This document shows positions 1-8,579 of a stretch of DNA of 28,172 nucleotides, piece by piece. The DNA comes from a virus (Duplodnaviria; Caudoviricetes): positions 1 through 28,172 of IMG/VR virus record IMGVR_UViG_3300027706_000256; one strand, 5' to 3'. The position numbers were made by a program, and so were the translations under genes. How positions within the stretch are numbered: position 1 is the stretch's first letter; each line of letters opens with the position of its first letter. The notes under the pieces are model-generated. The model made no database searches and was not told where the DNA came from. It worked only from the letters and a program-made list of their open reading frames with translations.

Positions 1-345
1 AATGATCTTGTTGATGTTGTCTTGGATCAGGTTTCCGAACTGCAGGCCCGTCGTCCGGTGCTTGTTGTTCCGCTGTTCGAACTCGCTGACAACGTTGCCT
101 ACATTGGCCAGCTTCGGGAGCGAGAATGTGAAGGTAACCTCGCGGGGAACGCGGGTCAACGACCACTGGATGAAGTGGGCATCGATAAACGCCGCAGGCC
201 GTGCCAGCGCTTCTGGCGGTACACCACCCGTGTCATTGACACACTCATCAGGAGTGAAGAAGTTGTACTTGTATTCCGCCATCAGGTTCTTGACAGTGGG
301 CACGTCGACGACGTAGAACAGCTTGGACGGTTGGGAGATTGTCAT
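1..345 (-). CDS. hypothetical protein, probably virion-associated (partial; runs off the left window edge)
   Basis: Not in the ORF track. ATG at 345 overlaps the TGA of the upstream gene (ATGA). Open for 115 codons: MTISQPSKLFYVVDVPTVKNLMAEYKYNFFTPDE...DNINKII. Confidence 0.8.
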   Translation of the reverse strand, partial: MTISQPSKLFYVVDVPTVKNLMAEYKYNFFTPDECVNDTGGVPPEALARPAAFIDAHFIQWSLTRVPREVTFTFSLPKLANVGNVVSEFEQRNNKHRTTGLQFGNLIQDNINKII

Positions 346-3300
346 GATCCCTCGTCAAACGTCTCAATGGTGACGAAGTATTTGTCAGCGATGAGGTCGC
401 CCTGCATCGTGTCCCGGTCACGGTACTTGAAGGATAGTGTGGTGCGGGAGTTGAAGGTACCGCGGCCCGTGAACACACGTGACCCAGGAACAATCCCGCG
501 CAGCGTGTATGGTAGGAACTGGAACTCGGCCTGCTGGTTTTCTGTGATGGGGACGATCTCTCCGTTCTTGATCATCAGATTCAGCGCTTCACGTCCGTAG
601 GGTGTCGCGCATGTCTGCTGGACGTCGACCTCAAAGTCGGCAGGATCGATCATGACATTGAAGACACGGTCAAACTGCTTGGGCGTGACGACTTTCTGGT
701 TGAGGGCGGCCGGGTCCGATGCTGATGACAACGTGTCACGCAAGCTGGTGATCGTCTGGAACGTGTGCATCGTCACCGGGACGTACCGGGGCGTGATGCG
801 TGTCAAGTTTGCTTCCAAGTTGCCAACGACCTGTAGTTGATCAACCGTCTTGACTGCTGGGCTTGCAGGTTGGATTGCCCGAAGCTGTGAAGACAGGCTG
901 CTGAAGCCCGCGACGCCCGCTGGATTGGAAAGCTGAGGCTGTGCAATCGCCAACGGCGAGCTGCTGAACAGCGGAAAAGCGGGAGGATCGATAGCCGTCG
1001 TGTGGAACATCAAACCCCCGACGGGCGCCAGTGGGTGGGCCGTGTTGAACGACGGCAAGCTTGTCCTCATCCCGATCTGCTCGACCAGGTGGGCGACAGA
1101 GTGCTCCGTGATCGTCTTGACGAACGCAGCGTCCAGCGGCGGCGGCACATTGGCCATGTCGAAGTTGTACTCCGCAACGTTGATCCCTGTCATCAGCTTG
1201 ATGTAAGCCTCAAGAATCTGACTGACGACGTGGTTTCGCAGGAGCTCAGCCTTCTGTTGGGTCGACATGAACGAATACGAATCGTCACTCAATGCGGCCT
1301 GAACGTTCTTCAGGCCGTCACGCTCTGCCACCGCCGCGTTCGCGTACTCTACGCCCTTGTCGATCGACTTCGATGTGCTGGTGTCTGCGTTCTGACTGAA
1401 GTCCATCGTCGGGATCGCGTTGACGATGTCTTGCAACGACGGCCGAGAAGACAACGGTAGCCAGGTGCCCATCGACGTCCTGACAGGGAACCGTGACATC
1501 TCGAACAAGAAGCGCTGGGGCTTGTAGACGATGTCGCTGTTGACCATGTCCACCTTGTAGACGCAGACCTGGACCAAGTCATTGCGCCTGTTGGTGAACG
1601 ACGCCCGGCTCTGGTTCTGGATGTTGACCTTCTGCTTGATGCGCTGGGTGAAACCCTGCGGAATGCCGACCGTCACGATCCGCTTGTTCGCGCCCTTGGT
1701 TGCTGAGAACTCCGCCGTTCCGAAATACCCGTAGATCGCGTTACGCATTGCCAGGGGTACCTCAGACTCGTCCAAGATCTTGAACTCTTGGCTGTCATCG
1801 GTGTCATGGCCGTACTCCCGCTGCCAGGCTGGCACTGTCTCGTTGGCTGCACGGATCAGGTTGGTCGTCGTTGCAGCCAGCATCTGGATCTGCTGCTCGC
1901 TCAGCAACATGCTCAACAGCTGCGTATTGTTGCCGAGGATGCCAGCGATGGTTTGGAGCGCCTCCACAGACGTCGGGCTCTTCAAGTAGTTGCTGATCCC
2001 CTTGAGGCTCCCGCTCAACGTCTGCAATACGTGCAGGATGCACATGGTCAAGCGCTGCACCCTGGCATTCTCTTGGGTTGCTCGTGACATCAGTTCGTTG
2101 ATCGAGTTCCCATGTTGTGTGGTCGTCTGTGAGACAACGTAGGTGACCGTCCCCTGGAAGAACGTGTTGAAACCCGACTGTGTCACACCGGTCAGGCTGA
2201 GGCTGCCGTAACGTGCGATCGCCGAAATGATGAGGTCGAATGCAACCATCGCTACGACAGTGTCGAGGTAACCTCCGTACACCGTGAAGTTGTTTGCGAT
2301 CGCTTGAGTCTGCCGGAACCTGCTGATGATCTGGCCCATCAGGTTGATGATGTAGTTGGTGAGCGGCGTACCGGCTTTGAGTGCAGTTGCAACGCCCTGC
2401 GGGTTGAGAGCGCTTGAACTGTTACGCTGGAACCTGTCAAAGTTCCGCTCACCCAACAGCTGGACAGCGGCGCGGCTACGTGGCAACGCTGCCTGGAGTT
2501 GCGTATTGATCTGGGCAATCAAGGTGTCGACCAACGGCGTGTTGTCAGCCGTCGTCGATGACGTGAAGTACGGAACGAACGTGTTGTACGAACGCGAGAT
2601 CTTCGCCAGCACGTACAGGAACAGCGAGGTCTTGACCCCGTTGTCCTTCCGGGCGAAGGCGAAGATGCTGGCGAGCCTGTCATCCTGCAACATCTTCGAC
2701 GTGTTGCCGTTGGCATCGACTAGCCCGGACTTGATGTTGGTCAGCAGGTCCGACGTAGTGTCCAGGATGCTACCCTCGAACCGCTTGGCCACGTCAACCG
2801 ACGTGTATGCCGCGTGAGGCTTCTGCAACAGGTTCATCGAGTCGATGACCACGTTGAACGAGTTGTATGCGTTGTCTAGGATCTGGGACAACGTGTCGAT
2901 GTTTTGGGTGTTGAACCCAAGGCCGGCGGGCACATCAGGACCGGGGCTGGCGACGTTGACAGGTTGTAGGACCTGGTCAAAGTAGAAGTCGCCTCCGGGC
3001 GACAGGGTCCCAGTGTCTCCCTCGACGTACTTTGACTCGAACGTCAGGACACCAGTCGAGCCTTGTGTCTGCTGAGCGATCGATGTCAGGGCCGTGGTCG
3101 CCTGAGCGGGGAAGTCGGTGATGTTGTTTCCGAACTTGCCCAGAACACTGTCAAACACCGTCGTGTTTGGGACACCGTTGGTGACCGAGTAGTTGTAGTT
3201 GGTTTGGAGCGCGTTCTTCAGGTTCTGCTGGGTCAAACCGTACGAGTACCTGTACTCCGCCGACAACAGGTGTGCCAGAGCAGCGATCCTCGCTTCTTCG

Positions 3301-4547
3301 TTCTTGAACAGAACGTTCTGGTAGATCGTCGTGAATGCAGGCTTGATGACGTTGACTGTCTGTGCCGTCAGCGAGGGTTGCAAGCTGATCAGCTCAGACA
3401 GTGGTGGCAGGTTGGGTACGTTTGTCGACAGGGCAAACCGTGCGACTTTCGGGTTCAGGATCGTCGTGGGGTTGACATCGTTTCGCTGGTATGACGGATC
3501 GATGTCAAGGAAGTTCAACGTGTGGGTCTTCAGCGCGTTGGTCAACTCGACCAACGCTTGCATCCAGACCTTTGATGACGCATACGTCTCTCGTACTGTC
3601 GTGGGCTTGTACCCCAGCTCAGCCAGAGCATCGACCAAGCTGAAATCGAACGGGTGGAGTTCAATGAGGTGCAACGGAAGGATGTAACGACGAATCTCGG
3701 GATCGGGCTGCGCACTTGGCGTCGACTGATCGTAGTTGGCCTGTAGCAGACTTCCAACCAGGCCCGGGTTGACGGTGTAGATGTCATGGCGGAGGTCGAG
3801 CTGCGCCTTCTGCGCCTCGATGATCCTGACCAGGTTCAAGAGGAACGACGAGTTCTGTGACAGGTTGTTCAGCGCGTTCTGGAGCGTGTCTTTCCGGTTA
3901 CGAAAGATCTCAGAGATATTGGTGAATCGCTGGCCCAGGGTCCTGATGAAGAACCGGTTGTTGAACGTCCGCAGGTTCCGCATCTGGATCTGAGTGTCGA
4001 GGAACCTGCCCGCGTCGGTCATGTACGGCTCGATGCCCGCGCGCTCCATGTAGTTGATGAAGGGAGGAGCTGAGTGAACGACATCACGATTGAACAGCGG
4101 CTGGAAGCTGGTCACCATGATAACCTCGGGACGCTCCTGAGCGACGCCGGTCACCTGTTCATACGGCTGGAACTTCGTCGCTGTCGTTGTGAAGCCTTGG
4201 TTCGCGCGGGGGTCGTACTCCTTACCTGCGTCCAGGTTCAGGTGGTACGTCGGCAACACCGTGTTCCAGTCGGTGTGGATGGGCAGGATGATGTGGTTTC
4301 CTGTCACCAGGTGTTGTCCGATCTCAGACAATGACGGCGTCGCAAACCGGGTCACCGTCCCGGGCGAGTGCAACATGATTGGGGTCGACAGGTGGATCTG
4401 CGATGTCGGCAAGGTGCCGAGCGAAGCTGGATGGGTAGCTTGCGTGTAGTTGGTCGCCTGTGTGACCAACGAAGAGACCAGGGGTTGGACAGCGACGCTG
4501 CCAAAGTTCGCAAAAGAGCTGTTGTTGACTCGTAGCGTCCTGATCAT
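342..4547 (-). CDS. large hypothetical protein (1401 aa), probable virion structural protein
   Basis: Start moved to MIRTLRVNNSS (ATG 4547, ATGA overlap with the upstream stop at 4544-4546). The 79 extra upstream codons in the track overlap the previous gene. Rich in N/Q/T/S; no domain recognised. Confidence 0.85.
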   Translation of the reverse strand: MIRTLRVNNSSFANFGSVAVQPLVSSLVTQATNYTQATHPASLGTLPTSQIHLSTPIMLHSPGTVTRFATPSLSEIGQHLVTGNHIILPIHTDWNTVLPTYHLNLDAGKEYDPRANQGFTTTATKFQPYEQVTGVAQERPEVIMVTSFQPLFNRDVVHSAPPFINYMERAGIEPYMTDAGRFLDTQIQMRNLRTFNNRFFIRTLGQRFTNISEIFRNRKDTLQNALNNLSQNSSFLLNLVRIIEAQKAQLDLRHDIYTVNPGLVGSLLQANYDQSTPSAQPDPEIRRYILPLHLIELHPFDFSLVDALAELGYKPTTVRETYASSKVWMQALVELTNALKTHTLNFLDIDPSYQRNDVNPTTILNPKVARFALSTNVPNLPPLSELISLQPSLTAQTVNVIKPAFTTIYQNVLFKNEEARIAALAHLLSAEYRYSYGLTQQNLKNALQTNYNYSVTNGVPNTTVFDSVLGKFGNNITDFPAQATTALTSIAQQTQGSTGVLTFESKYVEGDTGTLSPGGDFYFDQVLQPVNVASPGPDVPAGLGFNTQNIDTLSQILDNAYNSFNVVIDSMNLLQKPHAAYTSVDVAKRFEGSILDTTSDLLTNIKSGLVDANGNTSKMLQDDRLASIFAFARKDNGVKTSLFLYVLAKISRSYNTFVPYFTSSTTADNTPLVDTLIAQINTQLQAALPRSRAAVQLLGERNFDRFQRNSSSALNPQGVATALKAGTPLTNYIINLMGQIISRFRQTQAIANNFTVYGGYLDTVVAMVAFDLIISAIARYGSLSLTGVTQSGFNTFFQGTVTYVVSQTTTQHGNSINELMSRATQENARVQRLTMCILHVLQTLSGSLKGISNYLKSPTSVEALQTIAGILGNNTQLLSMLLSEQQIQMLAATTTNLIRAANETVPAWQREYGHDTDDSQEFKILDESEVPLAMRNAIYGYFGTAEFSATKGANKRIVTVGIPQGFTQRIKQKVNIQNQSRASFTNRRNDLVQVCVYKVDMVNSDIVYKPQRFLFEMSRFPVRTSMGTWLPLSSRPSLQDIVNAIPTMDFSQNADTSTSKSIDKGVEYANAAVAERDGLKNVQAALSDDSYSFMSTQQKAELLRNHVVSQILEAYIKLMTGINVAEYNFDMANVPPPLDAAFVKTITEHSVAHLVEQIGMRTSLPSFNTAHPLAPVGGLMFHTTAIDPPAFPLFSSSPLAIAQPQLSNPAGVAGFSSLSSQLRAIQPASPAVKTVDQLQVVGNLEANLTRITPRYVPVTMHTFQTITSLRDTLSSASDPAALNQKVVTPKQFDRVFNVMIDPADFEVDVQQTCATPYGREALNLMIKNGEIVPITENQQAEFQFLPYTLRGIVPGSRVFTGRGTFNSRTTLSFKYRDRDTMQGDLIADKYFVTIETFDEGS

Positions 4548-7024
4548 GGTGCATCTACAATTACGGTGTTGGTCGTCGCTGCAGTACCAACCTTGTAGTC
4601 GTTCATCACGGGGATGATGACATAGTTGATCGGACCGTTGTCGTAGTGCGTCACAGGGTGGAAGTACTGGCACGCTCCGTATGGGAACTCTGAGTGGGCT
4701 TTGCCCAAAGCAGTCCTGACCCCGTTTACGGTCTTCAAGATGACAAAGTGGTCGACCTGCGTGATGTCGCCGTTGACTTGCCAAGTAATGATGTTGAGGC
4801 TGCGGTTGAACGGCGTCGCCGTCTGGTTGATGATCTTTGCAGTGTCATTGTCGAATGAAGCCTCAACTGTGGTGATGGATCCGACAACGCCGAACGCCAT
4901 CGGGTCCTTGGCGTGGCGTTGAGCCGCACCCTTCGATGACACGATGACTCCCCGCGTCAACGCTAGCGGGTGACGGAACTTGGCAGGGTTCCAGGTGTAG
5001 GGCTTCTTCGTCGAAGCATCGGTCGATGTCTTGGTGTAGTTCTCAAACAACGTCTCGGCTTCACGAAGCAAGGGGTAGATCTCATACCGGTAGATGTGAC
5101 CGTACTGGAGGGCCGACACCGCCTGCGTCTTCCTCAACACGCTGTCTTGGAAGTTGGGGCTTGTCACCGTCCCAAAGTTCTCTCGGATGCCCGTGGTCAA
5201 GTCGACTCGCTGCACTTGGTGTGCGATCAGGCTTGCCAACTGGTCACGCTGGTTAGCGATGTCACCCGTGAAATACTCCGTCAAGTTCTGGTTCTTCAAC
5301 ATCTGCTTGATGTTGTCCATGTCCGTGTTCGTCGTCGAGGTATTGATGACGAACGAGACGTCTGGTGCGCTATCATGGTTGACGACCAGGTCAGTGATCG
5401 ACGTGTCAACCTGACCCGGTGCAGGAGTGATGAACTCGATCGTCACGTCACCGAAGTCTTCAGTGTCACCATCCAGGTAGATCAACCGAGCAACGTATCT
5501 GTAGATGTTGCCTTGTGTGACGTCGGTGTCGAGCGTGGTGACCAGGTCTGCCTGTCGTGCCGCATCATCGACAAAACCCACGTCGCCATTGACGATGTCG
5601 TAGTCCAACGCGGATTGGTGGGTCGTCAGGTTCCACTTCAGGAACTGGATGGCGACGCACCGGGTCGGGATGCTGCGTGCCTCGAGCTGGATTCCTTGAG
5701 GGACTTGCAAACCCGTCAGCGCCACGCTGCGCAACGGCGTGTAGTGACGCGGTCGGATCACGGTGTTGGTGTAGTCAAAGCCCAGGGCTCCCTGCGCGCC
5801 GACAGGGACGGCACGGTAGATAGCCGCTGAAGCAAGCGGGACGTCTACCTTGATCTGCAGCGCCTCGTGCTTTGATGTCAACGGGTATGTCCCGATGAGG
5901 CTGTACGAATCGATGTCTTGGGCTGCTGCAAAGACGGTCTTCTTGTAGACCTGTACCGATGTTGCACCGGGGTCGATCTGCTTGATCTGCAGCGTACCAT
6001 AGGTCGAACTGGGAGTGACCGACGCCTTCACGATGGGCGGCAGTTTGGGCGTGTTATAGACCTGAAGCTCTTTAGAAATGTTCAGCGTCTTGGTGATGCT
6101 GTCGACGGGCTCATTGCTGTCGCGGTTGAGCAGATCGAACTGGACGAATGCGTTCGTCAGGTCAGCGTGTTCCAAGCGCAGCAAAGCAGCTGGAACCACG
6201 ACTGTCTCCGTGATCTCCTGCATTGTCCTAGTGAAGTTCCGCATCACATGGACCAAGTCGTCATCGACAAGATCGTCAGTCGTTGCCGGCGGTACATCAG
6301 TCGTCGCCGGAAACAGATGGTAGTTCAGCAACTGGGACGCAGGATCAGTCGCTGACTCCAGAGCTCGAGAGGTGTTCGAAAACCCTTGCCTGATCGCTGT
6401 TGACGATTGCGACCTTGGCGTCAGTGCAAAGATGTACGATGGATCCAACGACTGTCGTGCGATCATGTCCTGCATCACCTGTTGCGGGTTCAGCAGAGCG
6501 CTGCCAGAGATAGTCGTGGAAAGATCTGACACGATCAACGAATTTGATACCCGGTTGAGCACCGGTTGTGGGTCGTTGTCCCGCTTCGCATCGCTCGCTC
6601 GAATCGTCTGGAGCTGGGGTCCATTCAGCTGCGGGATGTCCTTTGGATCGACCTGTGCCAGCAACTGGTGGAAGATCTCGTTGTTGAGGTAGGTCAGGAT
6701 GTTGCTGTTCCTCGACGCCAACACGTATGTCAGCCGTTGTTGAGCGACCTGCTTTGCGTGTAGCAGCTGGTTCCTGATGTTGTTGACGAGGGCGCGCGTG
6801 TCAACGATGCCCCGCTGCGTCACTCCGAGCAGCGGCTGTTGGGGCACATACCTGCTGATGACTTGGATCTTGACGATATTCGCGTTTTGGTTCAGGGCAC
6901 GGCTGGGGTTGACGGCGTAAGTGAACTGGAACTCCAGGTCGCCGTTCGAACGTACGTTGACCAACTGGGCGAAGTCGTCATTCACCGTGACCAAGTTGGA
7001 AGTCTGTTGGTACCTGAAGAACAC
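4544..7024 (-). CDS. hypothetical 826 aa protein with possible Fn3/Ig-like beta-sandwich repeats, probable virion protein
   Basis: GTG start preceded by GAGGTG. Recurring YxY beta-strand patterns (GNIYRYVARL, GHIYRYEIYP, INYVIIPV). The fold call is inference. Confidence 0.8.
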   Translation of the reverse strand: MFFRYQQTSNLVTVNDDFAQLVNVRSNGDLEFQFTYAVNPSRALNQNANIVKIQVISRYVPQQPLLGVTQRGIVDTRALVNNIRNQLLHAKQVAQQRLTYVLASRNSNILTYLNNEIFHQLLAQVDPKDIPQLNGPQLQTIRASDAKRDNDPQPVLNRVSNSLIVSDLSTTISGSALLNPQQVMQDMIARQSLDPSYIFALTPRSQSSTAIRQGFSNTSRALESATDPASQLLNYHLFPATTDVPPATTDDLVDDDLVHVMRNFTRTMQEITETVVVPAALLRLEHADLTNAFVQFDLLNRDSNEPVDSITKTLNISKELQVYNTPKLPPIVKASVTPSSTYGTLQIKQIDPGATSVQVYKKTVFAAAQDIDSYSLIGTYPLTSKHEALQIKVDVPLASAAIYRAVPVGAQGALGFDYTNTVIRPRHYTPLRSVALTGLQVPQGIQLEARSIPTRCVAIQFLKWNLTTHQSALDYDIVNGDVGFVDDAARQADLVTTLDTDVTQGNIYRYVARLIYLDGDTEDFGDVTIEFITPAPGQVDTSITDLVVNHDSAPDVSFVINTSTTNTDMDNIKQMLKNQNLTEYFTGDIANQRDQLASLIAHQVQRVDLTTGIRENFGTVTSPNFQDSVLRKTQAVSALQYGHIYRYEIYPLLREAETLFENYTKTSTDASTKKPYTWNPAKFRHPLALTRGVIVSSKGAAQRHAKDPMAFGVVGSITTVEASFDNDTAKIINQTATPFNRSLNIITWQVNGDITQVDHFVILKTVNGVRTALGKAHSEFPYGACQYFHPVTHYDNGPINYVIIPVMNDYKVGTAATTNTVIVDAP

Positions 7025-7033
7025 GGCATCACC

Positions 7034-8056
7034 TCACTGGAAGACGAGGGTGAACAGGTGGATGAACGTGTCGGTCCCTTTTTCATCGACTGTCACCTTG
7101 CCGACGAAGAAGATGTGGGCCGTCGGGTGGTTAGGATCTCCCGTCCGGTGCCGTCCATAGTCAACGATGTCGAGTTTCTTCAATGTGTCGTAGTTCTGCT
7201 CGAAGAACTGCCCCAGCAAGTTGTTGTTGATCGAGGTTGGGTCGAAGCTGATCTGCTTCATGTAGCCCAATGCCTCATAGTACCTCAGCTCATATGCGAT
7301 CTGCTCGTAGCGTAGAGCCGACGACCAGAACCAAGTGTAGATGCCCCATGGGACGTATGCACCCAGGAACCTGACCTTGCTGACGTCTTGGATGCCCCAA
7401 TCACCCAACGCTGACTCATCTTGGACCTTGTTGATCGGAGGCAGGTACTTGAAGTTGGGAAGGTTGCTGAAGCGTGGATCGCTAAAGATGCTGTCCAACG
7501 CGCTGACGTGGGTCGAGAACTGTGCCGGGTTCCTGATGGGCTTGGAATCGTTGATCTGGAATGTGACGGTCGATGGCCCCGCTGCAAAACCGTCGTCCTC
7601 AAAGAACGGGTCTACAGTAGACAAGACGCGGAGCTTGCTGAAGTTGTCGGCTGAGGCCCCCAACAACTCGTTGACCTGATCGGCAAAGTTGTCACCCCGA
7701 GCGGCTGACGTTCCCTCGCTCGGTGAGCTGATGATCGAGCTCGTCACGCCCGTATACGTGTAGTCAATGATCTTGCCGAATCCCGTGTTGATCCCAGAAG
7801 AGTTGCGGAACGGCAACACGTTCCCGGAGTCGTCGGCACGGAACGTGATCTCGTCCTGAGGCAGCTGGCACGATTCGAGGTAGATCCTCTGCGTCGCGTC
7901 CTGGCTGCCACTGGCCACGTCGGCGGCGTAGTGGGTCATCCCATCTGAGAACGACACGTACGCGATGTCGACGCCACCTTGTGCCAGTTGCCGGCGCCCC
8001 TCGATCGTCAGGATGGTGTCGAGGACGCGCGTCTTGTTGTCGAGAATGCCGCTCAC
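7034..8056 (-). CDS. putative baseplate/tail-collar-fibre-like protein (340 aa)
   Basis: The N-terminus ILTIEGRRQLAQGGVDIAYVSFSDG resembles the LTxxG...LA...I...DG N-terminal motif of phage tail-collar/fibre attachment domains. GTG start. Confidence 0.6.
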   Translation of the reverse strand: MSGILDNKTRVLDTILTIEGRRQLAQGGVDIAYVSFSDGMTHYAADVASGSQDATQRIYLESCQLPQDEITFRADDSGNVLPFRNSSGINTGFGKIIDYTYTGVTSSIISSPSEGTSAARGDNFADQVNELLGASADNFSKLRVLSTVDPFFEDDGFAAGPSTVTFQINDSKPIRNPAQFSTHVSALDSIFSDPRFSNLPNFKYLPPINKVQDESALGDWGIQDVSKVRFLGAYVPWGIYTWFWSSALRYEQIAYELRYYEALGYMKQISFDPTSINNNLLGQFFEQNYDTLKKLDIVDYGRHRTGDPNHPTAHIFFVGKVTVDEKGTDTFIHLFTLVFQ

Positions 8057-8102
8057 GTTTCCCTACGACAAATATACCCCGTGCGTCTTCCAGGGGCCGT
8101 CG

Positions 8103-8570
8103 TCAAGAGCCCCTAGAACCTCTCACGAGCCTAATGCGTACGGGTTGGTGGCGTGCAGAGCTGTACGCCTTCTTGTATCTCGTGAGGTCACGAGGGGGCA
8201 GGATGGGGGCCGGTGGAGCCTCGGGGATTGGGAAAGGGTTCCAGTCGCCGGGTGAAAGACCTTGATCGACGATCGGGAACGTGTTCGATGTCGTGTCAGT
8301 CCTGTCGATCGACTCCGTCGGGATGAGGTACGTACCCCACGAGTAGTCGATACCCAACCAACGACCCTCCATGAACGATGATGACACAGCGGCCAATGAA
8401 GAGGAAGCCAAGCCCCACGTGTTGGCTAGACCGAACCATGAACCCGTGTGGAAACCGTCGTTGATGGTCGACGTTGTGGTGCTGGCACCGATCGTGTGTG
8501 CGCTGCCCCACATCGAACCCGTGTAGGTCGAGTTGACTTCGAGGGTTGTCAGTTCAAAGAACGTCGACAC
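8103..8570 (-). CDS. 155 aa hypothetical protein ('C') whose C-terminus matches the C-terminal extension of array gene B1
   Basis: GTG start with GAGGTGG RBS. Its QGLSP...DLTRYKKAYSSARHQPV matches QGLDP...DATRYRKTYSYFRQVPV in 14602..16224. Confidence 0.75.
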   Translation of the reverse strand: MSTFFELTTLEVNSTYTGSMWGSAHTIGASTTTSTINDGFHTGSWFGLANTWGLASSSLAAVSSSFMEGRWLGIDYSWGTYLIPTESIDRTDTTSNTFPIVDQGLSPGDWNPFPIPEAPPAPILPPRDLTRYKKAYSSARHQPVRIRLVRGSRGS

Positions 8571-8579
8571 GGTGCCACC

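Noticed and set aside
4548-4784. N-terminal 79 codons of the 1480 aa ORF, and similar extensions at 16302, 19880, 20207 and 22593
   Set aside because: They overlap upstream genes or regulatory DNA. Downstream starts have ATGA coupling, an RBS or paralog support.
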